Shown in pieces: positions 36,681 to 43,020 of a DNA stretch of 64,000 nucleotides (its first letter is position 1; each line of letters starts with the position of its first letter). The notes under the pieces are model-generated. The model was not told the origin of the DNA and made no database searches. It saw nothing but the letters and a program-made list of their open reading frames with translations. The position numbers were made by a program, and so were the translations under genes. Source of the stretch: a virus; the IMG/VR virus record IMGVR_UViG_3300006903_000012; one strand, 5' to 3'.

Positions 36681-37633
36681 AAGGCTCTTTATCCTTTGTT
36701 TCTATATGTCACCATATAGTTCAGACTATATCTTCACCCAAAAACAAGGATGGCCCGCTCTCGTGGAAGAATTATTGTCCAAAATAAGGACTCACTTCTA
36801 GTCGTTACACCTTCAAGCAGTTTTCACTGCGAGCTTGGCTCGGTATTGCCTTATAAAGGTTTTCACCGACTTCACGGGCTTTATACGCGGCAGCTGCGAT
36901 GATCTTTTAAACCCTCTGTATCTCGGATCAAATTTTGCATGAATTTTTGAATGACAGCTCATGCAGACAGTAACAAGATTTTCTTTTGAATGATTATCTT
37001 TACCAAAATCAATATGATGAACCCTAAGAAGCTTCTTGGATGAACAAAGAACGCACTTATAACCATCTCGTTCTTTAATTCGTTTCTGAACCTTACCATT
37101 CCAACCAGGAGCATAGCCAACCAAAGAACCGTGCCCGTGTCGAAACCAGTGGTGTTTCTTTCCTCGATGAACATTCGGACTAGCTCGTAAAAGTTCCGAA
37201 TGTGCCTCCCTTTCTTTTGGATCATCAAACCTATTTGGTCTATACTTACAGACACACGACTTACAAAATTTAGCAGTTCTAGATTTTATCTGTTTTCCGC
37301 AATCTTTACAGAACCTTGGTTTTACAAGTTTCTTTTGCCTGCCAAATGATCTAGCATATTTAGCAAATTCAGAACCGTGAGGGAGTTGGTCTCCTGCTAA
37401 ATATTTTCTATAACAAGGCCGGCAATAACCAGTTTTTGATTTTCCGTAAGGCGGATTACTTTTATTCAGCTTAGTTTTACAAACCTTACACCTAGGACGA
37501 ATCTTTTCTTTACAGACAGGACAAAGATAAGCCCGTGGGTTTATCTTTCGATGCTTGCATCTAGGACATACTTTTTTGTAATTGTGCGCCATTCCGGCAT
37601 CCTTTGTTACTATCAAAACAGAGATAAAAACAT
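36681..37633 (-). mobile_element. Group I intron-like element carrying an HNH endonuclease ORF, immediately 3' of the capsid stop codon (I8); boundaries unresolved
   Basis: Minus-strand core has UCGGUGAAAACC...AAUACCGAG (about 36880-36840), GUGUAACGACUAGAAG (about 36813-36798), GAAGAUAUAGUCUGAAC (about 36735-36719) and the P9 hairpin CUAUAUGGUGACAUAUAG. This is the same consensus as the capsid introns. Confidence 0.65.
36813..37616 (-). CDS. HNH homing endonuclease with N-terminal CxxC zinc-ribbon repeats (probable start at the ATG giving MAHNYKK...)
   Basis: Contains CVLCSSKKLLRVHHIDFGKDNHSKENLVTVCMSCHSKIH (HNH motif) and several CPRC/CPVC/CKVC pairs. The 3' end overlaps the ribozyme P4-P7 region. 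Confidence 0.8.
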   Translation of the reverse strand: MIVTKDAGMAHNYKKVCPRCKHRKINPRAYLCPVCKEKIRPRCKVCKTKLNKSNPPYGKSKTGYCRPCYRKYLAGDQLPHGSEFAKYARSFGRQKKLVKPRFCKDCGKQIKSRTAKFCKSCVCKYRPNRFDDPKEREAHSELLRASPNVHRGKKHHWFRHGHGSLVGYAPGWNGKVQKRIKERDGYKCVLCSSKKLLRVHHIDFGKDNHSKENLVTVCMSCHSKIHAKFDPRYRGFKRSSQLPRIKPVKSVKTFIRQYRAKLAVKTA

Positions 37634-37855
37634 CTACTGTATTATATCATATTCTACCGCGTAAACTTCAAAAGATATTGCCGTACACCCGGGCATCAAG
37701 TCCTTGAAACTGAGCGGGGTCTGTGTTGATTTGTAAACCAGCGGTTCACCGTTGTGGAACACACGCAACGGATAAACCGTCGAACTAAACGTCTTATCAC
37801 CCACCGCCGTCGCCGGGTACCGGAAGTCAGGCACCAGGATCAAGCGACCGATAGA
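37634..37855 (-). CDS. Major capsid protein, predicted exon 8 of 8 (SIGRLILVPDFRYPATAV...YAVEYDIIQ*)
   Basis: The track ORF 37634..37843 starts at an internal TTG. The frame is open upstream to a G (37856; alternative 37865) that can serve as the terminal G of intron I7. Confidence 0.6.
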   Translation of the reverse strand, partial: SIGRLILVPDFRYPATAVGDKTFSSTVYPLRVFHNGEPLVYKSTQTPLSFKDLMPGCTAISFEVYAVEYDIIQ

Positions 37856-38287
37856 CGTGTCTATCGCATCCTTTATTTGTTATCACTCAAAAAATAATGA
37901 GTGAGCGCAAGCATTTCTGTTGCACTCTGCAACTTATCATTTGTTGCAGAACAGACTATATCATATTCCGGAACAACCCGGAACTCGCCCTCTTAGTCGT
38001 TACACATTTAGGATAGTCGAGATTTATTTAGGACCGAACCACAAAATGGACAATAAGTTACTGGAACTCCATAGCAGAATTCTTTATCTGATAAAGTTAA
38101 GAACCAAACATCAGATAATTTTTCAATAGCCGCATCTGGAACCTTATCTTTACAAACATGTGTCTCAGTAATCTCATCTTCCCACATTCTCTAACTATCT
38201 CCTTTAGCTCGGTGTTATCATTTCAGACTTCCACCGAATTCGAGCGATTTGCACACAACCATTACTGATTGTGGGGCCTAAAAATTA
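37856..38287 (-). mobile_element. Group I intron I7 in the capsid gene (with a 59-aa ORF in the P6 region)
   Basis: The minus strand begins UAAUUUUUAGGCC (P1 with exon GGCU, U-G at 38288). P2 is CACAAUCAGUAAUGGUUGUG. The core has UUCGGUGGAAG...AACACCGAG, GUGUAACGACUAAGAGGG, P8 GUUCCGGGUUGUUCCGGAAU, and AUGAUAUAGUCUG, with P9 CUGCAAC...GUUGCAG. Confidence 0.8.
38008..38187 (-). CDS. Intron-borne small ORF (59 aa) MWEDEITETHVCKDKVP...YCPFCGSVLNKSRLS, Zn-ribbon-like
   Basis: Hand-translated (below the track cut-off). ATG at 38187 has an AAAGGAG RBS about 10 nt upstream; there are C-x-n-CxxC cysteines. Confidence 0.4.
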   Translation of the reverse strand: MWEDEITETHVCKDKVPDAAIEKLSDVWFLTLSDKEFCYGVPVTYCPFCGSVLNKSRLS

Positions 38288-38372
38288 AGCCAAAACAAAG
38301 CCGGGAACAATCTGCCCGTCTTTCTGTTGGATGATTTGCATGATGGGATGAGTTGAGCCGAGCTGAGTTGCG
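38288..38372 (-). CDS. Major capsid protein, predicted exon 7 ((I)ATQLGSTHPIMQIIQQKDGQIVPGFVLA)
   Basis: 85 nt between the terminal G of I6 (38373) and the U-G splice site of I7 (38288). Its first nt completes the AT left by exon 6, and an in-frame UAA follows directly in the intron. Confidence 0.55.
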
Positions 38373-39447
38373 CCCAAACTTAAATATCCCTTCTTTCAAT
38401 CGCTCTAGCATCACTGCTAGGATTAGACTATACCTTCATCCACAAACATTATGGATGTCTGCGTGTTGCAGGTATTTTATATTTGGCTTCGAATTTTTTA
38501 ATTTTTTCAATAAGTTTAGATTCATTTTTCAAATCATCTGTTCGAAGAATAAGAAGTTTGTATCCTCTAAGTCGATAATCCTTGTTTCTTTTCTTGTCAC
38601 GTTCAAAACTTTCTTCTCGACTATGCCAATAGTTACCATCATATTCAATAATCAGGTTATGCGTTCGGTGAACAAAATCAGGTACATGTCCCGCTACCCA
38701 GACCTTGCCCGAACCAACGAAACGATAATTGAATTTATGTTCTTTAAGGATACCTAACAACTTCTTTTCGTGTGAGTTCGCATGCCGTCGACTGCTACCC
38801 ACAATCTTCTTAGCAAACTCGATAATCTCCTCAGGCGATTTCCGAGACCAAGTTTTACTAAAACTGGCCGCTCGTTTTCTGGAAATGTCATCGTTACCCC
38901 AATTAGCTGCGTACATTTTTACCCAATTTTCAGGATCCGATAACCATTCAGTAGTTTGTATTGATTTTAGTTGACTGAAAGCTTCCAACTCACTAGGAGA
39001 TTTTGAATACCAAGATTTTAGAAAAGCTGCAACCCTTCTTTCTCTCACATCTGGATTATCATAGTTATTTTTCCTAAGTTTTTCTTGAAACTCAGGATCG
39101 GTATGATTTTCCGACATGATTTTGGATCGCAACTTCCTAAATTTTGGAGTTTGCTTAGATTCTCGCATCTTCTTTCTATAAACAGGGTCTTTAAACTTTT
39201 CTGACATTACCTTTCGCATTTTCTTCCGAAATGCTTCTTTCTCGGCTTCAGTCATTCGATCCCATTTAGACAGCTTTTCGCCATTCTTATTTTTCTTAGC
39301 CATAAAAATACCTGCCTCGGATTTCTCCTCAGTCGTTACGGGGCTAAATGTTTGATTACATCAGCTTCCCTCGGTGTTGTCTACTTGAGATTTCACCGAT
39401 ATAGCAGAATTTTACATACCCATTACTGGATAAGGCGACAAAAATTT
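38373..39447 (-). mobile_element. Group I intron I6 in the capsid gene, carrying a Vsr-like endonuclease in P8
   Basis: P1 pairs exon GCGAU (39452-39448) with GUCGC. P2 is UAUCCAGUAAUGGGUA. The core has AUCGGUGAAAUC...AACACCGAGGGAAG, CCCCGUAACGACUGAGGAGAAAUCCGAG, and 3' GAUGAAGGUAUAGUCUAAUC, with P9 CUAGCAGUGAUGCUAG. Confidence 0.8.
38449..39303 (-). CDS. Intron-encoded Vsr-like (PD-(D/E)XK superfamily) homing endonuclease with NUMOD3-like basic repeats (284 aa)
   Basis: The C-terminus GHVPDFVHRTHNLIIEYDGNYWHS resembles the Vsr pattern (PD..........DG.FWH). The N-terminus has repeats of the form ..E.R.K....K. The stop lies inside the P8/J8-7 region. Confidence 0.65.
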   Translation of the reverse strand: MAKKNKNGEKLSKWDRMTEAEKEAFRKKMRKVMSEKFKDPVYRKKMRESKQTPKFRKLRSKIMSENHTDPEFQEKLRKNNYDNPDVRERRVAAFLKSWYSKSPSELEAFSQLKSIQTTEWLSDPENWVKMYAANWGNDDISRKRAASFSKTWSRKSPEEIIEFAKKIVGSSRRHANSHEKKLLGILKEHKFNYRFVGSGKVWVAGHVPDFVHRTHNLIIEYDGNYWHSREESFERDKKRNKDYRLRGYKLLILRTDDLKNESKLIEKIKKFEAKYKIPATRRHP

Positions 39448-39686
39448 ATCGCTTCTAGCGCTTTCGGATGACCAAAGATGTGCGTTGGTTTCGCACACCC
39501 CGCCACCAAAAAGTTGTCGAACTCTTCAATGTCAAAGCTGCCAGTCGGATTTGCATTCACACGCGCGCCGTTAGCGGCCGTGACTTGGGTCGTAATACCA
39601 TCAAAGGCTTTCGAGTTAGTATTGCGATTACCCTTAACGATAGCCCTGTCCCAATATTGAAGCGTTAAAATTTCTTGCAGCTTGAT
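39448..39686 (-). CDS. Major capsid protein, predicted exon 6 (IKLQEILTLQYWDRAIVKGNRNTNSKAFDGITTQVTAANGARVNANPTGSFDIEEFDNFLVAGCAKPTHIFGHPKALEA-)
   Basis: A 239-nt open frame, hand-translated and checked codon by codon. It matches the HK97-family capsid signature as I remember it (....a.i.G......F.G.......p..i..hP....). The start could also be 39680 or 39677. Confidence 0.7.
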
Positions 39687-40023
39687 CTCTTTTCATGGTT
39701 ATCCACTATTACTAGTGGCATGGACTATTCCTTCATCCGCGATTTGCGGAGCCTGCGTATTGCAAGTTACTTATTACTTGCCTCGCCTTTCGGCTCAGTC
39801 TCTACGGGGTCACGAAGACTTCCCTCGGAATTATCCATCTTATGATAATGGATTTTATCTTTCTCAATAGTAAGATAATCAAAAACAATCTCATTCTCAG
39901 AAAGATATTTTTCAATGTCTAAAAGTTGATTAGTTGTTAGCATAAGTTTGGACTTATCCGATATGAGCAGGTTATTATTGCAAGCAATTACTCGCTTGCC
40001 AGGCTATCATTGAGATTTCCTTA
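39687..40023 (-). mobile_element. Group I intron I5 in the capsid gene (with a 58-aa ORF through P5-P8)
   Basis: It begins UAAGGAAAUC...AUAGCC (P1 with exon GGGGU, U-G at 40024). P2 is GCAAGCGAGUAAUUGCUUGC. The core has CUCAUAUCGG...UUCCGAGGGAAGUCUUCGUGACCCCGUAGAGACUGAGCCGAAAGGCGAG and GAUGAAGGAAUAGUCCA, with P9 CCACUAGUAAUAGUGG. Confidence 0.75.
39767..39943 (-). CDS. Intron-borne small ORF (58 aa) MLTTNQLLDIEKYLSENEIVFDYLTIEKDKIHYHKMDNSEGSLRDPVETEPKGEASNK
   Basis: Hand-translated, ATG at 39943. It overlaps conserved ribozyme core sequence, so coding is doubtful. Confidence 0.3.
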   Translation of the reverse strand: MLTTNQLLDIEKYLSENEIVFDYLTIEKDKIHYHKMDNSEGSLRDPVETEPKGEASNK

Positions 40024-40047
40024 ACCCCCATTACTTGAACGCAAGTT
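40024..40047 (-). CDS. Major capsid protein, predicted micro-exon 5 (NLRSSNGG)
   Basis: 24 nt between the G at 40048 (1 nt after the I4 P9 hairpin) and the U-G splice site at 40024, in frame, followed by an intron-initial UAA. Confidence 0.4.
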
Positions 40048-40954
40048 CCCATCTATTACTAGATGGCTTAGACTATACCTTCAAAGGCCGCGTATTATCA
40101 AGACAAAATAAAAGTCTCGATCTCGGATTTCTCCTCAGTCGTTACGGGGTCAAACTTTTACAAGTCGACTTCCCTCGGTATTACCCTCGTCTTCAGCGGT
40201 CGGGTTTCACCGATATGAGCGGCGTGCCGGGCCATTTCTTATTTTCCGATAAAGGCCGGAAAGCTAATTTTCTGCTTCCTGCTTCCGATCAATTTCTGCA
40301 TCACTTTCTCATCGAAGCTTTTTATCTTATCAGCTACCTGCCCAATATTTTTTAACTCTTCAGCCCAAAGAATCAGAACCGAAAATCCTTGCTTTTTGAT
40401 ATACTCAATACGCTTCACATCATAGCACCGCATTTTTCCATCTTTCCTATGATGGGTATACCCAAAAACATCGATAACAGCTTTAGCGTCCACTCGACAA
40501 AAATCAGGGCAGAATCTGCCAATCATTAGTCGACCATTCCCAACATACTCATACGGCAGATCCATCAATTTTAGAATATCCCGCACTTGCTGTTCGGGTA
40601 ATGATAACGGACGATTCCACAACGAGCTAGAAAGTCTTTCAGCACCATAAGTCGGATCTGTCTTATACAAAATTCTAGACTTCTTCCTTGCCTTCTTGGC
40701 GGCCTTACTTCTAACATCAGTTGTTAAGTGAGCTAGCCCGGTTTTCTCAAAAAGACCCTGCTTCATTCTTATTGAGTGTTCCTTACCCTGTTTAGCTGTT
40801 TTCTTTTTTCCTTCGGGTGTAGCATGATACAACTTCTTTGACTTTGAAATCTTCTTTGCGACTGCTTCACGTTCCTTTGCTGAACGGTTCTTCCAAAGTC
40901 TTTTTGCAGCTATTGAACATTTAATGCCTTTACTGGTCTTTTGCATATAGAATT
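40048..40954 (-). mobile_element. Group I intron I4 in the capsid gene, carrying a Vsr-like endonuclease upstream of P3
   Basis: Proposed P1 pairs exon GGUU (U-G at 40955) with GACC. After the ORF comes a full core with CUCAUAUCGGUGAAACCC...AAUACCGAGGGAAGUCGAC, CCCCGUAACGACUGAGGAGAAAUCCGAG, P8 AUCGAGAC...GUCUUGAU, and GAAGGUAUAGUCUAAG, with P9 CCAUCUAGUAAUAGAUGG. Confidence 0.8.
40239..40946 (-). CDS. Intron-encoded Vsr-like homing endonuclease (235 aa)
   Basis: YEYVGNGRLMIGRFCPDFCRVDAKAVIDVFGYTHH is paralogous to HE 41290..42126 (YEFVGNGKLMIGRYCPDFKRDDYRALIELGGFRH). The N-terminus has basic repeats. Confidence 0.65.
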   Translation of the reverse strand: MQKTSKGIKCSIAAKRLWKNRSAKEREAVAKKISKSKKLYHATPEGKKKTAKQGKEHSIRMKQGLFEKTGLAHLTTDVRSKAAKKARKKSRILYKTDPTYGAERLSSSLWNRPLSLPEQQVRDILKLMDLPYEYVGNGRLMIGRFCPDFCRVDAKAVIDVFGYTHHRKDGKMRCYDVKRIEYIKKQGFSVLILWAEELKNIGQVADKIKSFDEKVMQKLIGSRKQKISFPAFIGK

Positions 40955-41249
40955 AACCCCATCAAGTTGCGTACTGAGCTGCGAAATACCAAGCCCTTGA
41001 ATCCGGGCCACCGCAATCGAATGGCGGATTTCTTCGTTCGTCAAACTTTTCTTCCCGCCAATATACCGGCGGGTCTGACTCTTATTCGACCCATCGTGAG
41101 TATATTCCTCAGGACAAGAACCAGGGTCGAAGAAACCTTGATAAGTTGCGCCGTCACCACTGAAGTCTAGCGTAGTCATTTCACGCCAAAGATCAGCTTG
41201 GTAATCAGTCACAACTTCTGGAAGAACTCTCCAGTTCGTGATTTCTTCG
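40955..41249 (-). CDS. Major capsid protein, predicted exon 4 ((I)EEITNWRVLPEVVTDYQADLWREMTTLDFSGDGATYQGFFDPGS...GISQLSTQLDGV); the 5' end may be 41261 or 41264
   Basis: This is most of track ORF 40910..41254 (whose TTG start is an artefact). It ends at the phase-0 GTT (40957-40955). The three possible acceptor Gs are 41250, 41262 and 41265. Confidence 0.55.
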
Positions 41250-42270
41250 CACAACGTTAAGCATCATTTTCAGTTACCTGAAAGATAGACTATACCTTCA
41301 TCCTCTTTCGAGGAGCTCTGCGTATTACCGTATTGGTTTCTTTTAGTCGTTCCGACTTTTGTATCCTCTTATCAAAAATCAATAATTTAACCGCTAAGGA
41401 TTCCAAATCTTGTAATTCATCTTCATCGATAACTAAAGTCTGATATCCTTGAGATTTTATGTACTCAGTTCTTTTCTCAACTCGATCTCTCAGCTTTTTG
41501 GTCTTCTGATATGCCTTATGCCGAAAGCCACCTAGCTCAATCAAGGCGCGATAATCGTCTCTCTTAAAATCAGGACAATACCGTCCAATCATCAGTTTAC
41601 CATTACCAACAAATTCATAAGGTAATCCCAGTAGCTGTAAAAACGATTCAAGTTGGATCTCAATTCTGGACATCGAGCGCTTATTTAGAATTTTAGAAAC
41701 AGTATCAGCATGAACATCGCAAGATTTGTAATGCTCGTTTATTGATTTCTTAAACTTCTTCCTTCGAACAAGTCCGCCAATTTTCCAAATTTTCTTCTGT
41801 ATCTCAGATAGATACTTCCGATGAGATGCTGTTCTGACAGTTTTTCGTAGCGCTGTAGTTCTTCGTTTTCGTATTTTGGGGTCTGTCCATTCCAATTTTC
41901 TCATCTCACTGCGTCGTTTCTGCTTATCTGGATCAGAGTAATAGATATCTTGTTGTCGCTTTGCTCTTTCTTTTATTTTGCTAGGAGTCAGAATCCGCTT
42001 CTGAGCGACACTCTTCGCTTTATTTACCCTCTTAAGTTCTGACTTAGATATCTTATACTTGTATGCTCGTACTGGCTTTCCTGTTCTTGGACTTGTTCTA
42101 ATTTTATTTTTCCGGCTCAAGGCCAATCCTCCTACTTTACAATACGGTCTCGCCTTTCGGCTCAGTCGTTACGGGGTCACGAAGACTTCCCTCGGTGTTG
42201 TCCCTGTGGGAGTTCACCGATATGAGCAGAGTTGTTTCATGTGTATTACTACACAAGGAGACCTTAGTTG
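41250..42270 (-). mobile_element. Group I intron I3 in the capsid gene, carrying a Vsr-like endonuclease in P8
   Basis: P1 pairs exon GAGAU (42275-42271) with GUCUC. P2 is UGUGUAGUAAUACACA. The core has GCUCAUAUCGGUGAACUCCC...AACACCGAGGGAAGUCUUCGUGACCCCGUAACGACUGAGCCGAAAGGCGAG and 3' GAUGAAGGUAUAGUCUAUC, with P9 UUUCAGGUAACUGAAA. Confidence 0.8.
41290..42126 (-). CDS. Intron-encoded Vsr-like homing endonuclease (278 aa, TTG start with AGGAGG RBS)
   Basis: See 40239..40946. The N-terminal half is Lys/Arg-rich and repeated, and the stop lies inside J8/7-P7'. Confidence 0.65.
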   Translation of the reverse strand: MALSRKNKIRTSPRTGKPVRAYKYKISKSELKRVNKAKSVAQKRILTPSKIKERAKRQQDIYYSDPDKQKRRSEMRKLEWTDPKIRKRRTTALRKTVRTASHRKYLSEIQKKIWKIGGLVRRKKFKKSINEHYKSCDVHADTVSKILNKRSMSRIEIQLESFLQLLGLPYEFVGNGKLMIGRYCPDFKRDDYRALIELGGFRHKAYQKTKKLRDRVEKRTEYIKSQGYQTLVIDEDELQDLESLAVKLLIFDKRIQKSERLKETNTVIRRAPRKRMKV

Positions 42271-42293
42271 ATCTCAGTTGGATCAATCGGTTG
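42271..42293 (-). CDS. Major capsid protein, predicted micro-exon 3 (QPIDPTE + 2 nt); alternative acceptor gives 42271..42287
   Basis: 23 nt between the G at 42294 (after the I2 P9 hairpin CUAUAUC...GAUAUAG) and the U-G splice site at 42271. It leaves phase 2, which exon 4 completes. Confidence 0.4.
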
Positions 42294-42486
42294 CTTTGTT
42301 ATCTATATCTTCACATTCGATATAGGTCAGACTATCTCATCACCCACGTTTGTGGGGCTTCCCTCTTAGTCGTTACACATTGCCCGACTGCAGTTAGCAA
42401 TCTGCTTAGCTCGGTGTTGGCATCACAGCGTTCACCGAATTCGAGAAGTTTTATATCAGTTAATTACTTAACTGTACCCCCAACCG
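42294..42486 (-). mobile_element. Minimal (about 193 nt) ORF-less group I intron I2 in the capsid gene
   Basis: P1 pairs exon ACCCU (42491-42487) with GGGGU. P2 is AGUUAAGUAAUUAACU. The core has CUUCUCGAAUUCGGUGAACGC...AACACCGAGCUAAGC, GUGUAACGACUAAGAGGGAAG, P8 CCCCACAAACGUGGG, and UGAUGAGAUAGUCUGACC. Confidence 0.8.
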
Positions 42487-42522
42487 AGGGTATTGGGCCG
42501 TAAAATCGGTTGGCGTCACATA
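42487..42522 (-). CDS. Major capsid protein, predicted micro-exon 2 (YVTPTDFTAQYP)
   Basis: 36 nt, phase 0 to phase 0, between the G at 42523 and the U-G splice site at 42487. An alternative frame exists, so confidence is low. Confidence 0.4.
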
Positions 42523-43020
42523 CGGTTGTGGACATTTTGTTACTTAGGAAGTGATTCTATAAATTCATCTATTGTTGCGAACTCTGTGTAGCGTCCATTG
42601 ATTATATCTTCGTCTACTTTGGCTTCTTTCTGTTGCCATTCCTTTGTCCAAAACCATTGCTGATCTAACAAAGAACTTGCTAACAACAGACTAGTCCAGA
42701 TACTGACAAGTCGTCCGTTTGATTTCCTCAAAGCTATATAATCAAACAAGAAGACCCTTGGAACCTGAAGCAATCGACCAAACCAAGAACGTCGCTTCAA
42801 TGGATAAACCATAACTTATCTCCTAAGGATCAATCATTTCTGTTGATCTCTTACACTTCTAATTTGTGCAAGTTCAGACTATCTCTTCGTCTTGAAAGAC
42901 GCTATCCGTATAGTCGTTACACATTTAGTTAATTGATTAACTTTTAGCTCGGGATTAGCGTCGCAGCCTTCCCCGAATTAGGATAGATCGCATAAATAAA
43001 TCTTATGCCCCTCACTATTG
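42523..43020 (-). mobile_element. Group I intron I1 in the capsid gene (with a 90-aa ORF 3' of P9)
   Basis: P1 pairs exon UCCUU (U-G at 43021) with GAGGG. P2 is GCAUAAGAUUUAUUUAUGC. P3 is UAUCC/GGAUA. P4 is UUCGGGG...UCCCGAG. The rest of the core is GUGUAACGACUAUACGGAUAG, P8 CGUCUUUCAAGACG and AAGAGAUAGUCUGAAC. Confidence 0.8.
42540..42812 (-). CDS. Intron-borne ORF of unknown function (90 aa)
   Basis: AGGAG RBS 7 nt upstream of the ATG at 42812. No nuclease motif recognised. Confidence 0.45.
   Translation of the reverse strand: MVYPLKRRSWFGRLLQVPRVFLFDYIALRKSNGRLVSIWTSLLLASSLLDQQWFWTKEWQQKEAKVDEDIINGRYTEFATIDEFIESLPK

Noticed and set aside
41300-41335. A second GGAACGACUAAAAG string near the 3' end of HE 41290..42126 that could be taken as the P7 strand of intron I3
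   Set aside because: The genuine P4-P6-P7 block (GUAACGACUGAGCC, 42170-42150) lies upstream of the ORF and pairs (GCUCA/UGAGC) as P3. The internal copy lacks a matching P3 and is better explained as coding sequence or a remnant.
35930-43020. The regularly recurring ~40-60-nt conserved blocks could superficially be read as a CRISPR-like repeat-spacer array
   Set aside because: The repeats are imperfect and of several types. They are separated by 190-1070 nt (not 25-50 nt), fold into P3-P9 ribozyme helices and flank endonuclease ORFs. They are group I intron cores, not CRISPR repeats.
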